Shown here one piece after another: positions 12,052-24,889 of a stretch of DNA of 64,000 bases; position 1 is the stretch's first letter, and each line of letters begins with the position of its first letter. This DNA comes from Utricularia gibba. Taxonomy: Eukaryota > Plantae > Magnoliophyta. The stretch covers positions 4,278,001 to 4,342,000 of the forward strand of contig CM007990.1 of NCBI GenBank assembly GCA_002189035.1, in the 5' to 3' direction. A model generated the notes under the pieces. The model was not told where the DNA came from. It saw only the letters and a program-made list of their open reading frames with translations, and did no database searches. Made by a program: the position numbers and the translations under genes.

Positions 12052-12507
12052 ATGGATGAGGAGGCGAGCTGGGAACAAAAGGTGAATGCCGTGACGCACA
12101 TCTTCATCCACCCAACGACGTCGCCGTCGCTCCACTCCCAGTTCTTCATCGCTTCTCAGATCCCCTGCTACCTCCACTGGGACTACCCTCCGCTCCTCTG
12201 CCGCCGATCGCCTGCGCCGTTCCTGCAGTGGGCCTTCTTCCGGTTTCTCCGCAAGGCGTCGCGACGCGAGACTTCGTGGCGGTCCAAATGCCCCTACATC
12301 CTTCCGCCGCCGCTGATTTGGGCCGGTGGAGTCGAGGAAGGGCGGTGGGGCGATGAAGAGAGGAGGAGTTTCGCGAGGAAGAGATTTTCGAGGCGGAAGA
12401 TTAGGATCGAGGTTAATCCCTTAATTCCCATTTTGGTACCTAATCTTCTGCTCCTTTCACTGTTGTGGTGGGATCCGGTTCCCATTGATGATCATGGATG
12501 GACCTGA
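12052..12507 (+). CDS. Conserved plant protein of unknown function with C-terminal hydrophobic segment
   Basis: MDEEASWEQK...PSLHSQFFIASQIPCYLHWDYPPLLC...ETSWRSKCPY...NPLIPILVPNLLLLSLLWWDP; GC-rich single exon matching a family I recall as conserved and unannotated. Confidence 0.75.
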   Translation: MDEEASWEQKVNAVTHIFIHPTTSPSLHSQFFIASQIPCYLHWDYPPLLCRRSPAPFLQWAFFRFLRKASRRETSWRSKCPYILPPPLIWAGGVEEGRWGDEERRSFARKRFSRRKIRIEVNPLIPILVPNLLLLSLLWWDPVPIDDHGWT

Positions 12508-12528
12508 CCCTGACCCTGACCCTGACCC
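12505..12528 (+). repeat. (TGACCC)4 microsatellite starting at the stop codon
   Basis: Four perfect TGACCC units. Confidence 0.85.
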
Positions 12529-13189
12529 GAATGAAGAAGATACTCCATGGCCATGCATGCCATGGCCCATGTACATCTTAACTGGAATTGGCATGTTGTT
12601 TTATTAATCAAATATATTTTATTTTATTTATATATCTTTAGTCGTTCTATGCATTTTTAATAAAATAAAGAAACACTTTAAATTTGGATTAGTAAAAGAA
12701 TTTAGCAATTAAATTTCAAAATTAGAAAAAAACATTTTAAGTTATCAAAATCATATAACTAAAATCTAAATAATTTTTAAAATTTTTAAAAAATGAATTG
12801 ATTCATTAAACTAACTCTTATTTCAAATCTATCGAAATTTCGTATTAGGGTTTTTTAGAATATGAGTGATAAGAAATTGTTTATAATGATGTATTATTAT
12901 TATAATATTAATACTATTTAATAATATAAAATATGAAATATATAATTTCATAAGTTTGTGAAATTAATTATTTATAAAAAAAATAAATTGAAATTACTAT
13001 TATATAATTTTAAAATTTGAGGGCTAAATTTTTTATAATGACCATGAATTAGATTGCCCAAAAACTACATCCTTAAATTATACTATCAAACATAGTTAAG
13101 TAAACTGATGGAGATGAAAATAGGTGGATTTTTAAAACCCCTAAAAAGGAACAAAAGCCCTAAACAATTTACCGGTCTCTGCATCCTCG

Positions 13190-14274
13190 ATGGCTTCTTT
13201 CGCCGCTAGGTCGCTGCTTCGATCCGGCGGTTCCTCCGTTCGTGGAATTGCCGGGAAGTTCTGTAGCACGAGACCTAGAACTTCGCCATCTTCGTTTGGG
13301 ATGCCATCTAAAAGCTCGCCTCGCATTTTGAGGTTCGACGGATTGTTATCTTTTTTGTTTTTTCAGAAGCTTTTCAATGAAGCTTTGCTTCCTGTCAATT
13401 TCGATTTGGTAATCAGGTCACCTGTGGCGATGAACTACGTATGTGCTGTATCGATGCTGCCGTACCATAGCGCTACTGCCTCAGCTATTCTCACCTCGAT
13501 GCTTTCAGTTTCACCTTGCAGGCACGCTTGGACGCTTGAAGGTGACCGCCTCTCTAGTTTTCTGTTTCAATAAGGGTTCGTGTTTGTTATGATATTTTAT
13601 CCCGGTGCCCGAGTGATTTTTCCACAATATCCCGTACAGTGGGATTACCCCAGTCAGCTTTGGCTCACACTTAGTGGTTCAGAATATTGTCGATTTGAAT
13701 CTGATTATAGGTTATATGTTCTGGTTCTTTCGCCTAGGTTTTGATTTCCCATTTGAATGGAACTGGATGGATGCCAAGATAAATAGGGGTTATACATTTT
13801 TTTTTCATTTTTGTAGGGCGAAAGAGGACTAGATGAAGTTCCTTAAAGAAGGTGAAGTGGTTTTCATTATATAATATAAGGCATCTCCTAGCTCCCTTGT
13901 CCTATGACCCGTTAGTTCTTCATAACATTGGAACAAAACAATATGTAAGCCTTCTTCAATGTAAGTGTCGCATTGTGGCGTTCGATGTGAAAACGGATTG
14001 AGCATAGAAAGTCTCAACACCTTGAGGTGGATTAAGGTTGTGAAGCTGGTGCTAGTGGAGCCTAAGCCCCTTGTTTTTTTGATTATCTGTGTGTGTATCT
14101 GTGTAATGCTGAAGTACTCGGTTTTGGAGTGTTGAGAAAACGACTAATCCCATAGGGAGATCACCCGTTTCTCTGAAAGCCATTCTGCGTTCTTTAAGAT
14201 GAATGCCATGACCACTGCTTCACATTAATTGTACTCATCTGTTGTGTCTTCCAGATTGCAATGAGGATGTATGA
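13190..14274 (+). CDS. NFD6: NUCLEAR FUSION DEFECTIVE 6 / NOXY2-like small organellar protein, copy 1
   Basis: Exons 13190-13332 and 13417-13541, then alternative last exons 13817-13836 (GRKRTR*) or 14255-14274 (DCNEDV*). Motif SMLPYHSATASAILTSMLS with a transit-peptide-like N-terminus. Confidence 0.85.
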
Positions 14275-14789
14275 GGACCGTGGGCAGAGTGGAGCTCATG
14301 ATGACGCCCTGAAAGCAAGAATTTGTTATTACCTTTTCATCCTTTCTTGCACCCAGATGCCATCAGCCAGATACATTTATGTTTGACAAAAAAGCATGAT
14401 TGGCGGGTATTCTTTATGTTGATGAATGCTTTACGCATAACCTGTTTCAGACGCCGGAAGATGGCGAGTTTTGAACTGGAGTTCCGATGCATCAGGATGG
14501 AGTGCATGAAATGTTTAAATTACTTTAGCACCTACAAATGGCGACAAAGTTATGGAAATTAGCATTTTTGGCCCATCGGAAAACCGTGATTGAGAATTTC
14601 GCCGGCGATATGCCGTCTCGGTGGATGACCGGAGACCCGTTAGAGATCGACGTCGACGACGATCTGGAGAAATAAATAAGAAAAGAGAAATCTTAATTCT
14701 GATGATTTTTCCAATGTGCGCAAAATAGCTTATTTTTCAGAATAGCTTAAATAAGTATGAACTCACGAAAGCCCAAACGCTACATACTG

Positions 14790-15882
14790 ATGGCTGCTCT
14801 CGTGGCTAGGTCATTGCTCCGTTCCGGCGGTTCATCCGTGCGTGGAATCACCGGGAAGTTCTGTAGTGCGAGACCTACAACTTCATCATCTCCGTTTGGG
14901 ATCTCATCTAAAAGCTCGCGCACTGGTCGCATTTTCAGGTTCCCCAGACTATTGCCATTTACATTTTCAGTAACTTTTTCACTGAACTTTGCGTCCGGAG
15001 CAAATGCTTGTTGATGATCAGATCACCTGTGGAGATGAATTGCGTTTGTGCTGTATCGATGCTGCCGTTCCATAGCGCTACTGCCTCGGCTATTCTCACT
15101 TCCATGCTCTCTGTTTCGCCTTGCAGGCGTGCTTGGGTCCTTGAAGGTGATGTTTTTTTTTCCGGAATTGTGTTTTAATTCAAGTTAGATGATTGGTTTT
15201 TTCTGTGTGAATCTTTTATCTATTAAAAAGAGAGTACCCCAGTTCAGCTTTGACCGAATCCTCTTGAATGTTGTCGTTGGTGTTGAAATTATTGTGGATT
15301 TGAAGTTGATTACGTAGATGTGATTTCCAGTTTGAGTAGAACTGGATGATGTCAACATATTTAGGGTTATATGTTCTTTTTCATTTTTGTAGGGCGAAAG
15401 AAGACTCGATGAAGTTCATTAGAGGAGGTGAAGTGGTTTTTCATTTTCTGGGTTCCGTTTTCTCTGGAATCTGTTATAAACCATTAGAACAAAACAATTC
15501 TTCAGGAGTGCCCTATTCTGTCATTCGGCTGATGCTTGAAAGGAATCAATGCAAAAACTTAATGAGCTTAGAAATTGAGAGTGGATCAAATTTTTGGACT
15601 TGGCTCATGATTGTGAAGCCTAAGATGCATTTCTTGTTTGACTAGATGGTTTAGGGAATCACACAGTTAGCACCAAGATGATCTCATCTATGTGTATTTC
15701 CATAATGCGAAATCTAGTCTGCCTTTTTTTTAGCGACCCTTGATCTTTCTGCTGGATTCATTACCAAACCTGCGGCCTCATCTGTTTCCAGCAAATCCTT
15801 TCGCATTCTCTGTTTTGAGCATTATTTTTGCATTTATTTTACTGAAATATGGTGTTTTTCAGATTGCAATAAAGATGCCTAA
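14790..15882 (+). CDS. NFD6: NFD6 / NOXY2-like protein, tandem copy 2
   Basis: Exons 14790-14938 and 15022-15146, alternative last exons 15393-15412 (GRKKTR*) or 15863-15882 (DCNKDA*). Motif SMLPFHSATASAILTSMLS; introns visibly homologous to copy 1. Confidence 0.85.
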
Positions 15883-16474
15883 TGACAGTGGGATGCGCAG
15901 GCAGAGCTTTATAAATGTTGCACCAAGGAGTTCCTGGTGATGAGCCTAATGCAAGAATTTGAGAGATTCTTGTGATTATCTTTTATTTTCCTTTCCTCTT
16001 TTTGTACCAATGGGACCTGCCAGATGGATGATCATGTTAAGCGATCGCAATCAAAAATTCCCAACACCTTAGTGATAATTGATATTTCTCTACCTGCGTT
16101 CCTCTGCATATTGTTTTTCACTAACAGACTAAAATGTGTTCGAGCATCCATGGTGGAGTATCCAAGTTCTATTTGTCAGAACGGGGTCACTGTCTCTGTG
16201 GAGTACCATGGAGCTCGGCCTGGCGATCCTGTATTCATTGATAGTTGTTACCAAGGCTCAGCTCCAAGTGAAGGTTATTGGTAATCCATGACCTCAAATA
16301 ATTACAGACATTACCAGTGAAAGATGAGATGCTGCATTATGGAAGAGTTTACCATGGAAAGTTATTCTCAAACCATAATAGAAATCATGCATGAAGGGGA
16401 AACAAACAGCTCGAGCATTTTGACGTACTGCTAACATTGAGGATCAAGAACTCTTATTCGCAGTGTTTCCTTCA

Positions 16475-18294
16475 TCAAGCCGCCTGAAAATCTCCAAAGT
16501 CATCATCAGCTGGATCTGCATCTTTGTTTGTAGGCAGTTCTGATTCCCTCAGTTGAAGGCTTTCCAAGTGAGATTCTGGCGTTCCGGGGTGTTTTTCACG
16601 TCCGAATGAGGGGTTTTCAGCAGTTACAACAGGTGATGGTGGTGCTGGAGGAGCAGGGAGTTTTAATCCGACTGCAGTTTCTTTGCCTTTCCCTTTTACA
16701 TCTACTGAAAGTTCTGGCTCAAAAACTTGGACCTACTGGTTCCGGATGTTTTCTGGCCAGCCCAGCAACCGAAGAAATTCTACTCAGGTTTCCACCATAG
16801 TTGTGTTAACTAGGTATAAAGGAGCAGGCGATCTTACATTCTTGAGCTGAAGCACCAGTGTCTCCCCATCTTTCAAACTGTAATCAACTGAAGAAGTGTG
16901 CTGGTAGTGCTGTTCCATTTCCTCAGCAGCTTTCTTCTTATGCAGATACCTTCATTTTGAAGCCCAAGGATCATCATAAATGAGCACAAGAACACAAGCA
17001 AAGGGACGAGGTAACAGACTTCATGTGATCATGGAGGGCAGCTTGAAAATCGTATGCTTCAGGTCTCTCTCGAAATCCAATACCAATGAAAGCATGCCGA
17101 GGACGGCCATCTGTATGACAAGAAATAAGTTTTACCATTGGAGTTCTATTCATCTTTAGCTGTGCAAGAAGGCCGTTCCCAGTCCATCCTCTGCTCGGCA
17201 TGTCAACCCACTCTTGCCGCAGAAGCAGTTCGAGCAGTTAGACACAGCTGAGGGTTCAGGACAGTCACAGCAACAGAGTTCTGTCTAACTTGAAACAGCT
17301 CATGCAAATGAATGATGATGCCAAGGGTTCTTAACATAGAAGACTGGCATTTATCTAATCTCTCAGATGCAATGTCTTACCAATATTTTCTTCGACGCGA
17401 AGTACAAAGTATCTGCGAAGCACCAACAGAAAACTTAGCAAGGCCACCTTCATGGAGAACTCTAACTGACATGGGGAAAAGGTAAGATGAACTTCCCAAT
17501 TTCCCTACCTGCTGCTATCAATCACTGGCTCCACAGGATGGGGCTCCCCTTCCCTCAGAAATGCCTGTGCATACAATTCGCCTGTTCGATTCCACAAGTT
17601 AGATACCAACGATGATCAGGATAAGTGCATTTCAATCAGAATGAGTATACAATCACCACCAGAAGTTTTGTCTTCTAATCGAATAATGCATTCTACTCCT
17701 TTGCTGACTACTTTAAGGGTTCCTTCCCATGCCCATTTGTTAACATTCCATTCATCAGCTCTGCAGAAAGAGGAAAAGGGTCCTCATGTACCCATCCATG
17801 AGGCAAAGCAGGTGAACAGATACCAAAGATACTGAATTCATGAAGCCACTTCACAACATGCATCTTAGGAGTCAACTGAAGCATATTTCTCATGAAAAAA
17901 AACCTGTAAGAAGCTGCTGTTTTCCTTGGAGGTATCTGCAAGGTTAATAATCAAAGTATTAGTATTTTCCTCTCTTCACTATGCATTTTTGCAGAATCCA
18001 AGACCAAACTAAGATCAACAGCCATGGTGGTTTCAGCAGAAAGGTCCCCTTCTTAATGGGCACTTCAAGCAGTAAAAGGGTATCCACAGAAAAACACACA
18101 AGGATCAAGAACTCTCAATGAACTCCTTTGCCAGTAAATTGTAATCCAAAGCAGGAAACGCATGGAAGACAGCATAAGGGGCAGGTGAGAAAATATACCA
18201 GGTACACATAGCATTCGGAAACTTGAAACAAAACCAATTCAATTTCTTCCCTTTCTTCTTCCTCCAGTTCTCCCCTTCTGTGCTGCTGCTCCAT
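16475..18294 (-). CDS. Adaptin ear-binding coat-associated protein (NECAP/DUF1681)
   Basis: Exons encode IELVLFQVSECYVYL|IPPRKTAASYR|ADEWNVNKWAWEGTLKVVSKG...GRPRHAFIGIGFRERPEAYDFQAALHDHMK...DDDFGDFQAA*. Probable 1-nt deletion in the A5 run at 16721-16725. Confidence 0.88.
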
Positions 18295-18673
18295 GCGATA
18301 CGGTACTCAAAAGTATAATGTGTATATACTCGAAACCGAGAACCCAGATCAAGGATCGACCGATTCAGATGAAAAGCCCGAGAAAACTGAAATCTGAATG
18401 ATTCGAGTGTGCTGATTACGAAACAGGATGCAATGCTATTTGTTCGCAGTATGGGATATGGAATGTCCCTTGGAATAATTGAGATTAAACAAAAAAAAAA
18501 CAAGGGGAAAATTCTACATATGAAAATACTTTTTTTTCAATTATATCAGGCGGCGGCGAAGCCAGGGTTGAAACTGGAGATGACCACCCTATAAACGCCG
18601 GCGAAATGGGTCGCCTTGTGAAACGGGTCTCTGTTTCGGATTGAGAAAGGGGCGATTCCTGCAACCGTCATTG

Positions 18674-20720
18674 ATGGATGAAGGTGAAAGTTGGCGTTTT
18701 GGATCAGGGTACAAGGAATATCTAGCGGGTATGATGGCCGGAGTTGCAACTGTCGCCGTAGGCCATCCCTTTGACACTGTCAAGGTTACGTCTTTTGCCC
18801 TTAAAGTCGTTTTGCTCGCAACTCAAACGAGAATTTGCATTTGATTTTCTTCATGATCTTGGGAGGATGAACGCGTGATTTTATATTGCATTGATGCAGC
18901 AAAACTGGTTTTTTTTTTCCGGTAAGGTTGTTGCATTTTCACTCAGTTTCCATCGGGCCTCACGGTTTTACCCGTTTACAGTTTCACTTTTCTGGTGAAT
19001 CTCACGTTGTTATGCATTGTTGGGAAAGGTCATGGCTAAACCCATTTTTGATCGTGCAATGATTTTATTATATTTCCTTTCTGATTGTTTGAATGCTCTG
19101 AGCTACGCAGTTTATGGCAAGTTACATATTTGGTACGGTTCTATATGACATTCTTTTTTTAACAGACTTTTCCATTGACATGCTGATGACTGATTATTTT
19201 CGTTGTTCATTTCGATCCATAATGAAGTGATCTGCAGCTGTAATAACTTCTTAAGCTGAAAAATGACAATGTTTCATCGGATCTGATTTTTTGTTTTTTT
19301 TTTTTTTTTGTTGTTGCTGCTGATGGAACAGTTTTCATTATTTTAAAGGCATCAGTTTACCCTGGCATTTTTTCCCTTCGATCATTTGGCTCTTTGTTAC
19401 CAGGTTCAGCTTCAGAAGCATAATACGGGAGCTGATGGAGTGAAATACAAGGGTTCTATGCACTGTGCATTCAGAATATTGAAGACCGAAGGCGTATGCT
19501 TCTTAGTTTTCCATTGATAAATTCTTTGGTTGAGCATATGCACCGTTCTCCTATTGAGTGTTATAATAACAGGTGAAAGGCCTTTATCGTGGTGCAACCT
19601 CATCGTTTGTGGGGATGTCATTCGAAGGCTCACTTGCATTTGGAATCTATTCCCAAGCAAAAAAGTATTTACAGGTACTTCTGCATACATGTCAAAGGCA
19701 TTTCAATGTATTTTTCATGTTTCCAGTATTCACATTGTTTTTCGTTTCCTTTTTTTTTCCAAGGGTGAAGTTCTAGATAGGCCCAATCCTCTTGCAATAG
19801 CAAGTTCTGGAGCTTTTGCGGGAGCTGTCATCAGCTCTATCCTGTGCCCGACTGAGCTAGTGAAGGTGAACTAACATGAATCTTCATTAGTAGTTCCTCT
19901 AGTCATTCGTATGATGGTGGTGTTTTCAGTGTAGAATGCAAGTTCAAGTTGTCGATTCTCCCTCTCCGGATCCAGAAGATACAGCGGTCCAATTGACTGT
20001 GCTCTTAAAACCATGAAAAATGAAGGGGTAAAAAGTTTTATCTATGTCACCCAAAAACTGCTTCTTGATATTTTTAGCTGATTTTACTCTCTTCAGCTTA
20101 CAGGCATATTCAGAGGAGGAGTTGCTACCCTTTTAAGGGAATCCATGGGAAATGCAGTTTTCTTCTCCACTTACGAACAAGTGCGCTATCACATGCATAA
20201 ATTAATGAGAGATACTTCTTCTGGTCCATCTCCATTTACTGATGTTGCCATCGGCATTGTAAGTGGAGGCCTTGGGGGGATTGCAGTAAGTACTCCTCTC
20301 ATTGAAGCTTATATCACGGAGAGCAATGAAATGTTCATCATTCTGCTCTTCCTTGTGTTGGAGTTCAAGGCTATCTGTTCTTTTGATGCTCTGGCTTTTT
20401 TATGTGGCTTTTAGTTCTGGTCAGTAGTTCTACCAGCGGATGTGGCCAAGACAATAATTCAGACTACATCTGAAAGTACACAAACAAGAAATCCATTTTC
20501 TGCTCTAGGATCAGTAAGTGCTACTAGTTTTGCATTGATATGCATGTCATGAATGATCTCAAAGTGTTTTCGATGCTAGATTTATAGGAGGGCTGGAATT
20601 AGAGGATGCTATGCAGGTCTTGGACCTACAATAGCAAGAGCCTTTCCTGCTAATGCTGCTGCCATTGTCGCATGGGAACTCTCTTGCAAAATGCTGGGGA
20701 TCGAGCATGACTACGACTGA
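18674..20720 (+). CDS. BAC1: Mitochondrial basic amino acid (arginine) carrier
   Basis: Carrier signatures GHPFDTVK, CPTELVK|CRMQ and LPADVAKT; BAC1-like ESMGNAVFFSTYEQVRYHMH and C-terminal ARAFPANAAAIVAWE. Probable 1-nt deletion in the C3 run at 19960-19962. Confidence 0.85.
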
Positions 20721-21122
20721 TCAGCATGGTGCATAAAGTTGTTGCCTCTGGCATAACTTTTGGTTCGAGATTCTTCGACTTGATTCGGATCGACGAGGTC
20801 TTGCAGCATCTTAAGGTCTGGCCATTTTGGTTGCGTCATCATGCTCAGTTTTTCCAGGTTTTTGAGAGTACTACATTACACCGTCTGTGGTGTCATCCAA
20901 TTCATTACTTTCCTCATTCAAAATGTCATCAGCTACTGCATATACATTTCAAAGCTATTTTTGAGAGAAACTGAAAATAGTGCAAGAAATTTCAAGTTAT
21001 AAGTGGCGTTTATCGCCAGCTGTTTAACAAAAACTGTGATGCAGGATGAGTAGTTAGCTACTCTGACTATGTAAAAGAGCAAAACAGTTGCATAATCAAG
21101 AATGAGTAACCTGGGGCTACTA

Positions 21123-23123
21123 TTAGCCATTCTCTGCTTTGTCGTAGGCGTTTGACTTGTGCTTGGGAGAGAATGTGAAACCGGCAGGTACCTTTCCCAG
21201 CAACATTTCAGATATGCGAACCCAATCAGCAGCCGAATCAGAAGCCATCATGGTCTCAAGATCATTGCGGCCAAAGTAAGAGGGTGGTCTCCAGTTTATC
21301 CGTTGGGGGATTACATCTAAAAGACCAACAGGTATATACCTGCAACTGTAACTCAGCCATTCCAGAAGAAAATGTCTCGTGGTTTCCACGCCCTTCGAGT
21401 CTGAGCCCCAATGCTCGAGGCCAAAACGAACATAATCCTTCAGAATGTCGAGCCTTTCTCCTGAGCTGATGTCCCAGTGCCTCTGTTCCTTGATTTCGGT
21501 GAATATCCAGGGCTTGATCAACGCCCCCGGGCAATCATGCATGTAGAGAGCTCAGGGCAATTGGCCTTGTGACGATTCCAGTCATCATAAGAGAAAACGT
21601 CACCATTGCCTAGGACTTGCAGTGTCTTGGGAGCGGCTCGTGCACATTGGTAAATGTAGTCCCAATCAGCTAGTTTACTGTACCTTTGTTGCCTTGTGCG
21701 TCCATGAACTGTTACTGCACTGGCTCCCCAATCTCCAATGTCTTGTATCAACGTGTCTATCCGGTTCTTCCCTTCAAAATAACCTGTTCGAACTTTGATG
21801 GTCACGGGTGTGTTGATAGCTCTGGAGCAAGCCTCTACGACACCTTTCATTCTCATTGGCTTGGTTAGCAAAGCAGAGCCAGCACCCTTGTTGACCACAA
21901 TATCTATTGGGCATCCCATATTGATATCAATGAAGTCAACCGTGCATTCCTGCTCAACAAGTTCAACAGTTTTTGCAACTGTATCTGGATATGCCCCGCA
22001 GATCTGTACACCAAAGAGATCTTCTGATGAGTGCCGCCTCAGAAGAGCCCACTCTGAGGCCTGACCTGTAGCAAATTGGTACACATTGCCATCTCACCGC
22101 ATGTCACATCAGCTCCAAGCACCTTGCAGATCCTCCTGAAAGGTAGGTTCCCAACTGTCGTCAAGGGAGCTAGATAAAGCTTTTCACTGAAATCAATGAG
22201 CTTCTTTTCACGTTGGTGTAACTTCAGGGATTTATCATTGTCATACATGGCGTGCTCATGATCAGGAATGCTACTGCGCTCATTCTGAGGATTTTCATCA
22301 TCATTCGAAGGCAGAATACAGGCTTCATCACTTGAGCACTTTGTTTTCTTTGGTGGTGGTCTAAGTTCATTGTCCATGCCGTCGCCATCCGCTGTCTCGG
22401 TATGACCAGAGGAATCCAATGCATCCTTTGAGTCATTTGCATCTCTTAAACAACCATTGACAACATCATCTCCAGAGCCATCCGTGATTTTCATCTTGTT
22501 CAGAAGCCCAAGGACCTTGAGTGACGCATTTGCCTTAGGAAACTTCATTTTGTTTTTCCACAGAAGTTTTTGCACATCCTTCTTCAACACATTCATCTCA
22601 CTCTCTCTCTTCCCGCCATTAACCATTTCACTGGATAACTGTCCACCATCAGCCTTGTGCGTACCAGCGAATCTACAGGCTAAGCCAAACGGGCAGGGTC
22701 CTAGGACAGCCAAGAAGGGGCATAAACCGTCTAAATCTTCTGGTTTATGAGCCTTGAAGGCCTCCACATCATGACTAAAGCGGCAGTTCGCCCCATAAAC
22801 ACAGGAACTGGCATCCCACTTTTCGCAACTTCGGCGCATAAATGCAACGGAGACTTCAGTTCCTGGCGTCGCTCACGCTTCAGCTGACGTTTCGATTTCT
22901 TCTCCCTGAGAACTGAAGAACCTGATCCAGCAGCATTACCCTCTCCCTCTCTTCCGTCAGCCTCATCCACTGTCTTCTTATTACAGTCCCTGGTGGGAGG
23001 CGGACAGAGGAACTCCCTCTTCACAGGCGCTATCGATTTCGCCACAAGCTCCTCCAGCGACGGTGAACCCTCAACCGGAGTCACATCTGTCTCTATACTC
23101 CCCACAGTATCCGAACGGTCCAT
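21123..23123 (-). CDS. DUS3L: tRNA-dihydrouridine(47) synthase DUS3-like, intronless, three 1-nt frameshifts
   Basis: Four consecutive ORFs give CCCH zinc fingers ([24 protein letters not shown]), [35 protein letters not shown] and [13 protein letters not shown]. They are joined by adding one base at runs 22815-22817, 22065-22066 and 21524-21528 (about 667 aa). Confidence 0.9.
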
Positions 23124-24378
23124 CGAACTCCTCGAACTTCCCCAAAACCGACCCAATCCAAATCAAACCAACATCGATCGAAAACAAAGCATACAGAATC
23201 AACCGCACAACGAACAAAATCAAACCAGGATCACAATACGATGAAGAGCAATCTGCAATTACCAGTAACCAACTGCAAGCACGCCGGCGGCCAAACGAAC
23301 CTTCCGCGTGAGTTGCGGATGACCTGGTAGAGCGCGGCACACGAGCAGGCTTGGGCCGGCTCAATATGTTTCCGACATTCCAATTAATTACAGTTTATTC
23401 TTCAATGGGTCAACGAGCAGCCGCCCCGCCCCGGACGGGCTCATCCCAGCCCAGCCCAAAGTCTAGAAATATAACAGTTCAATTTCTAGTTATAGGATAT
23501 TATCTATTTTGATTATTTAATTCATACGATTTTATATTCTCTTCTTTCAAAAAAAAAAAACTCAAATAAGATTAAGAAAAACACCTCCATATAAAATGTA
23601 ATTTTATTCATTCATAACCAATATGAGATTCATCTAAAATCCTTACAATCTTACTTGAATCAGTCAATTAAAATTATTTGAATTTTCATCTGATCATAAC
23701 ATATATATTTATACGGACAGCATTTTTTTTCTAAATATAGATTTATTTATAATTGATGTTTGTCGGTTCCCTTCCCACGGTGTGCAGCCCGCCATTCTGA
23801 AACAAAAAGGTCTATGTGTCCACGGAGAAGGGATAAGGTAGAAAGGGAGAGTATTTCTCCACGTAGAGAAAAGCAGTTACAGCCATAAGCATGGTTAGTG
23901 CTTCCAGAATCATCAAACAGCCTCGTCTCTTTATATCCACCAATCAAATACCTCCGCCTTATCCATCAAACACAGCCAGCAATCAACTTCTACAACTGGA
24001 TAAGTATTTTGAGCGTATCAAATTGTATTTTGATTTCTCTTTAAATTATATAAAAATATACAAGTTTTATTTTTTCTTTAAAAGTAAAAAAATTGTAAAA
24101 TAATGTTCCTCCTTTGGTTCCGATCACCGATTGCTCATTAGTATTACGTTGATGCCACAAATCACTATTGAGTATAGAGCTTCACCTTCTAATAAATTTG
24201 TGAATATTATTGTGTGAAATAATAAATAAATACAACGCGTGCATTTCCAGGTATAATAAATAAGGGTTTATGCAAAATTAATTACCGAACCGTTTTTATT
24301 TATGGAAGATGAAAGCATATTAAAAATAGATAATGACCAGACACAGTTGGGTTTAAGAGGATAATGATCGTTATTTTT

Positions 24379-24833
24379 TTCCATTAAAAAGGGAAAGAAA
24401 ACTACATAATGACAACACAATTGGGTTCTTTCAGTCCGTGTAGAGTTGCGACTTGTTCTGTTTCGGTTCAAAATTGAATGATCGGTTCATAAACTGCTAT
24501 TCGTTGTCAACTTTGATTCCATTTTTTATTTGAAAACGAATTTTTAAATCTTGAATCAAACCGAAACTGGAACTGAATTGCATGATTTCATTCAAAACTA
24601 GAACGGAAAATGTTGAATGGTTTTGGAATCCAATAACAAATGTTAAAAATATCTATAAACAATTCTGAAAAATATATCATTCTTTTAAATGTTTTTTCAA
24701 GTTCTCAAATTGAATTTATGAAATATGAAAGGTTATTAAAAGTATATAATGAGGACACAATTGATGTAGGAGGATAATTATTCCATTAAAAAGGGAAAGA
24801 AAACTACATTATGACAATACACTTGGGTTCTTT
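24379..24833 (+). repeat. 53-bp direct repeat pair (24379-24431 and 24781-24833)
   Basis: TTCCATTAAAAAGGGAAAGAAAACTACAT...TTGGGTTCTTT, 3 mismatches by eye. Confidence 0.8.
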
Positions 24834-24889
24834 GGGTCCATGTGTATGTATGCATACCTACTCCTACTCAGCATGTTGGTGGCAATATC

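Noticed and set aside
21123-23123. Programmed ribosomal frameshifting or pseudogenisation of DUS3L, GRXS17 and BAC1
   Set aside because: Every break is a -1 deletion in a homopolymer, with no premature stops or motif decay; assembly error is far more parsimonious.
24379-24833. Direct repeats or microsatellites as a CRISPR-like array
   Set aside because: Only two copies 400 bp apart in a eukaryotic genome; no repeat-spacer periodicity anywhere in the window.
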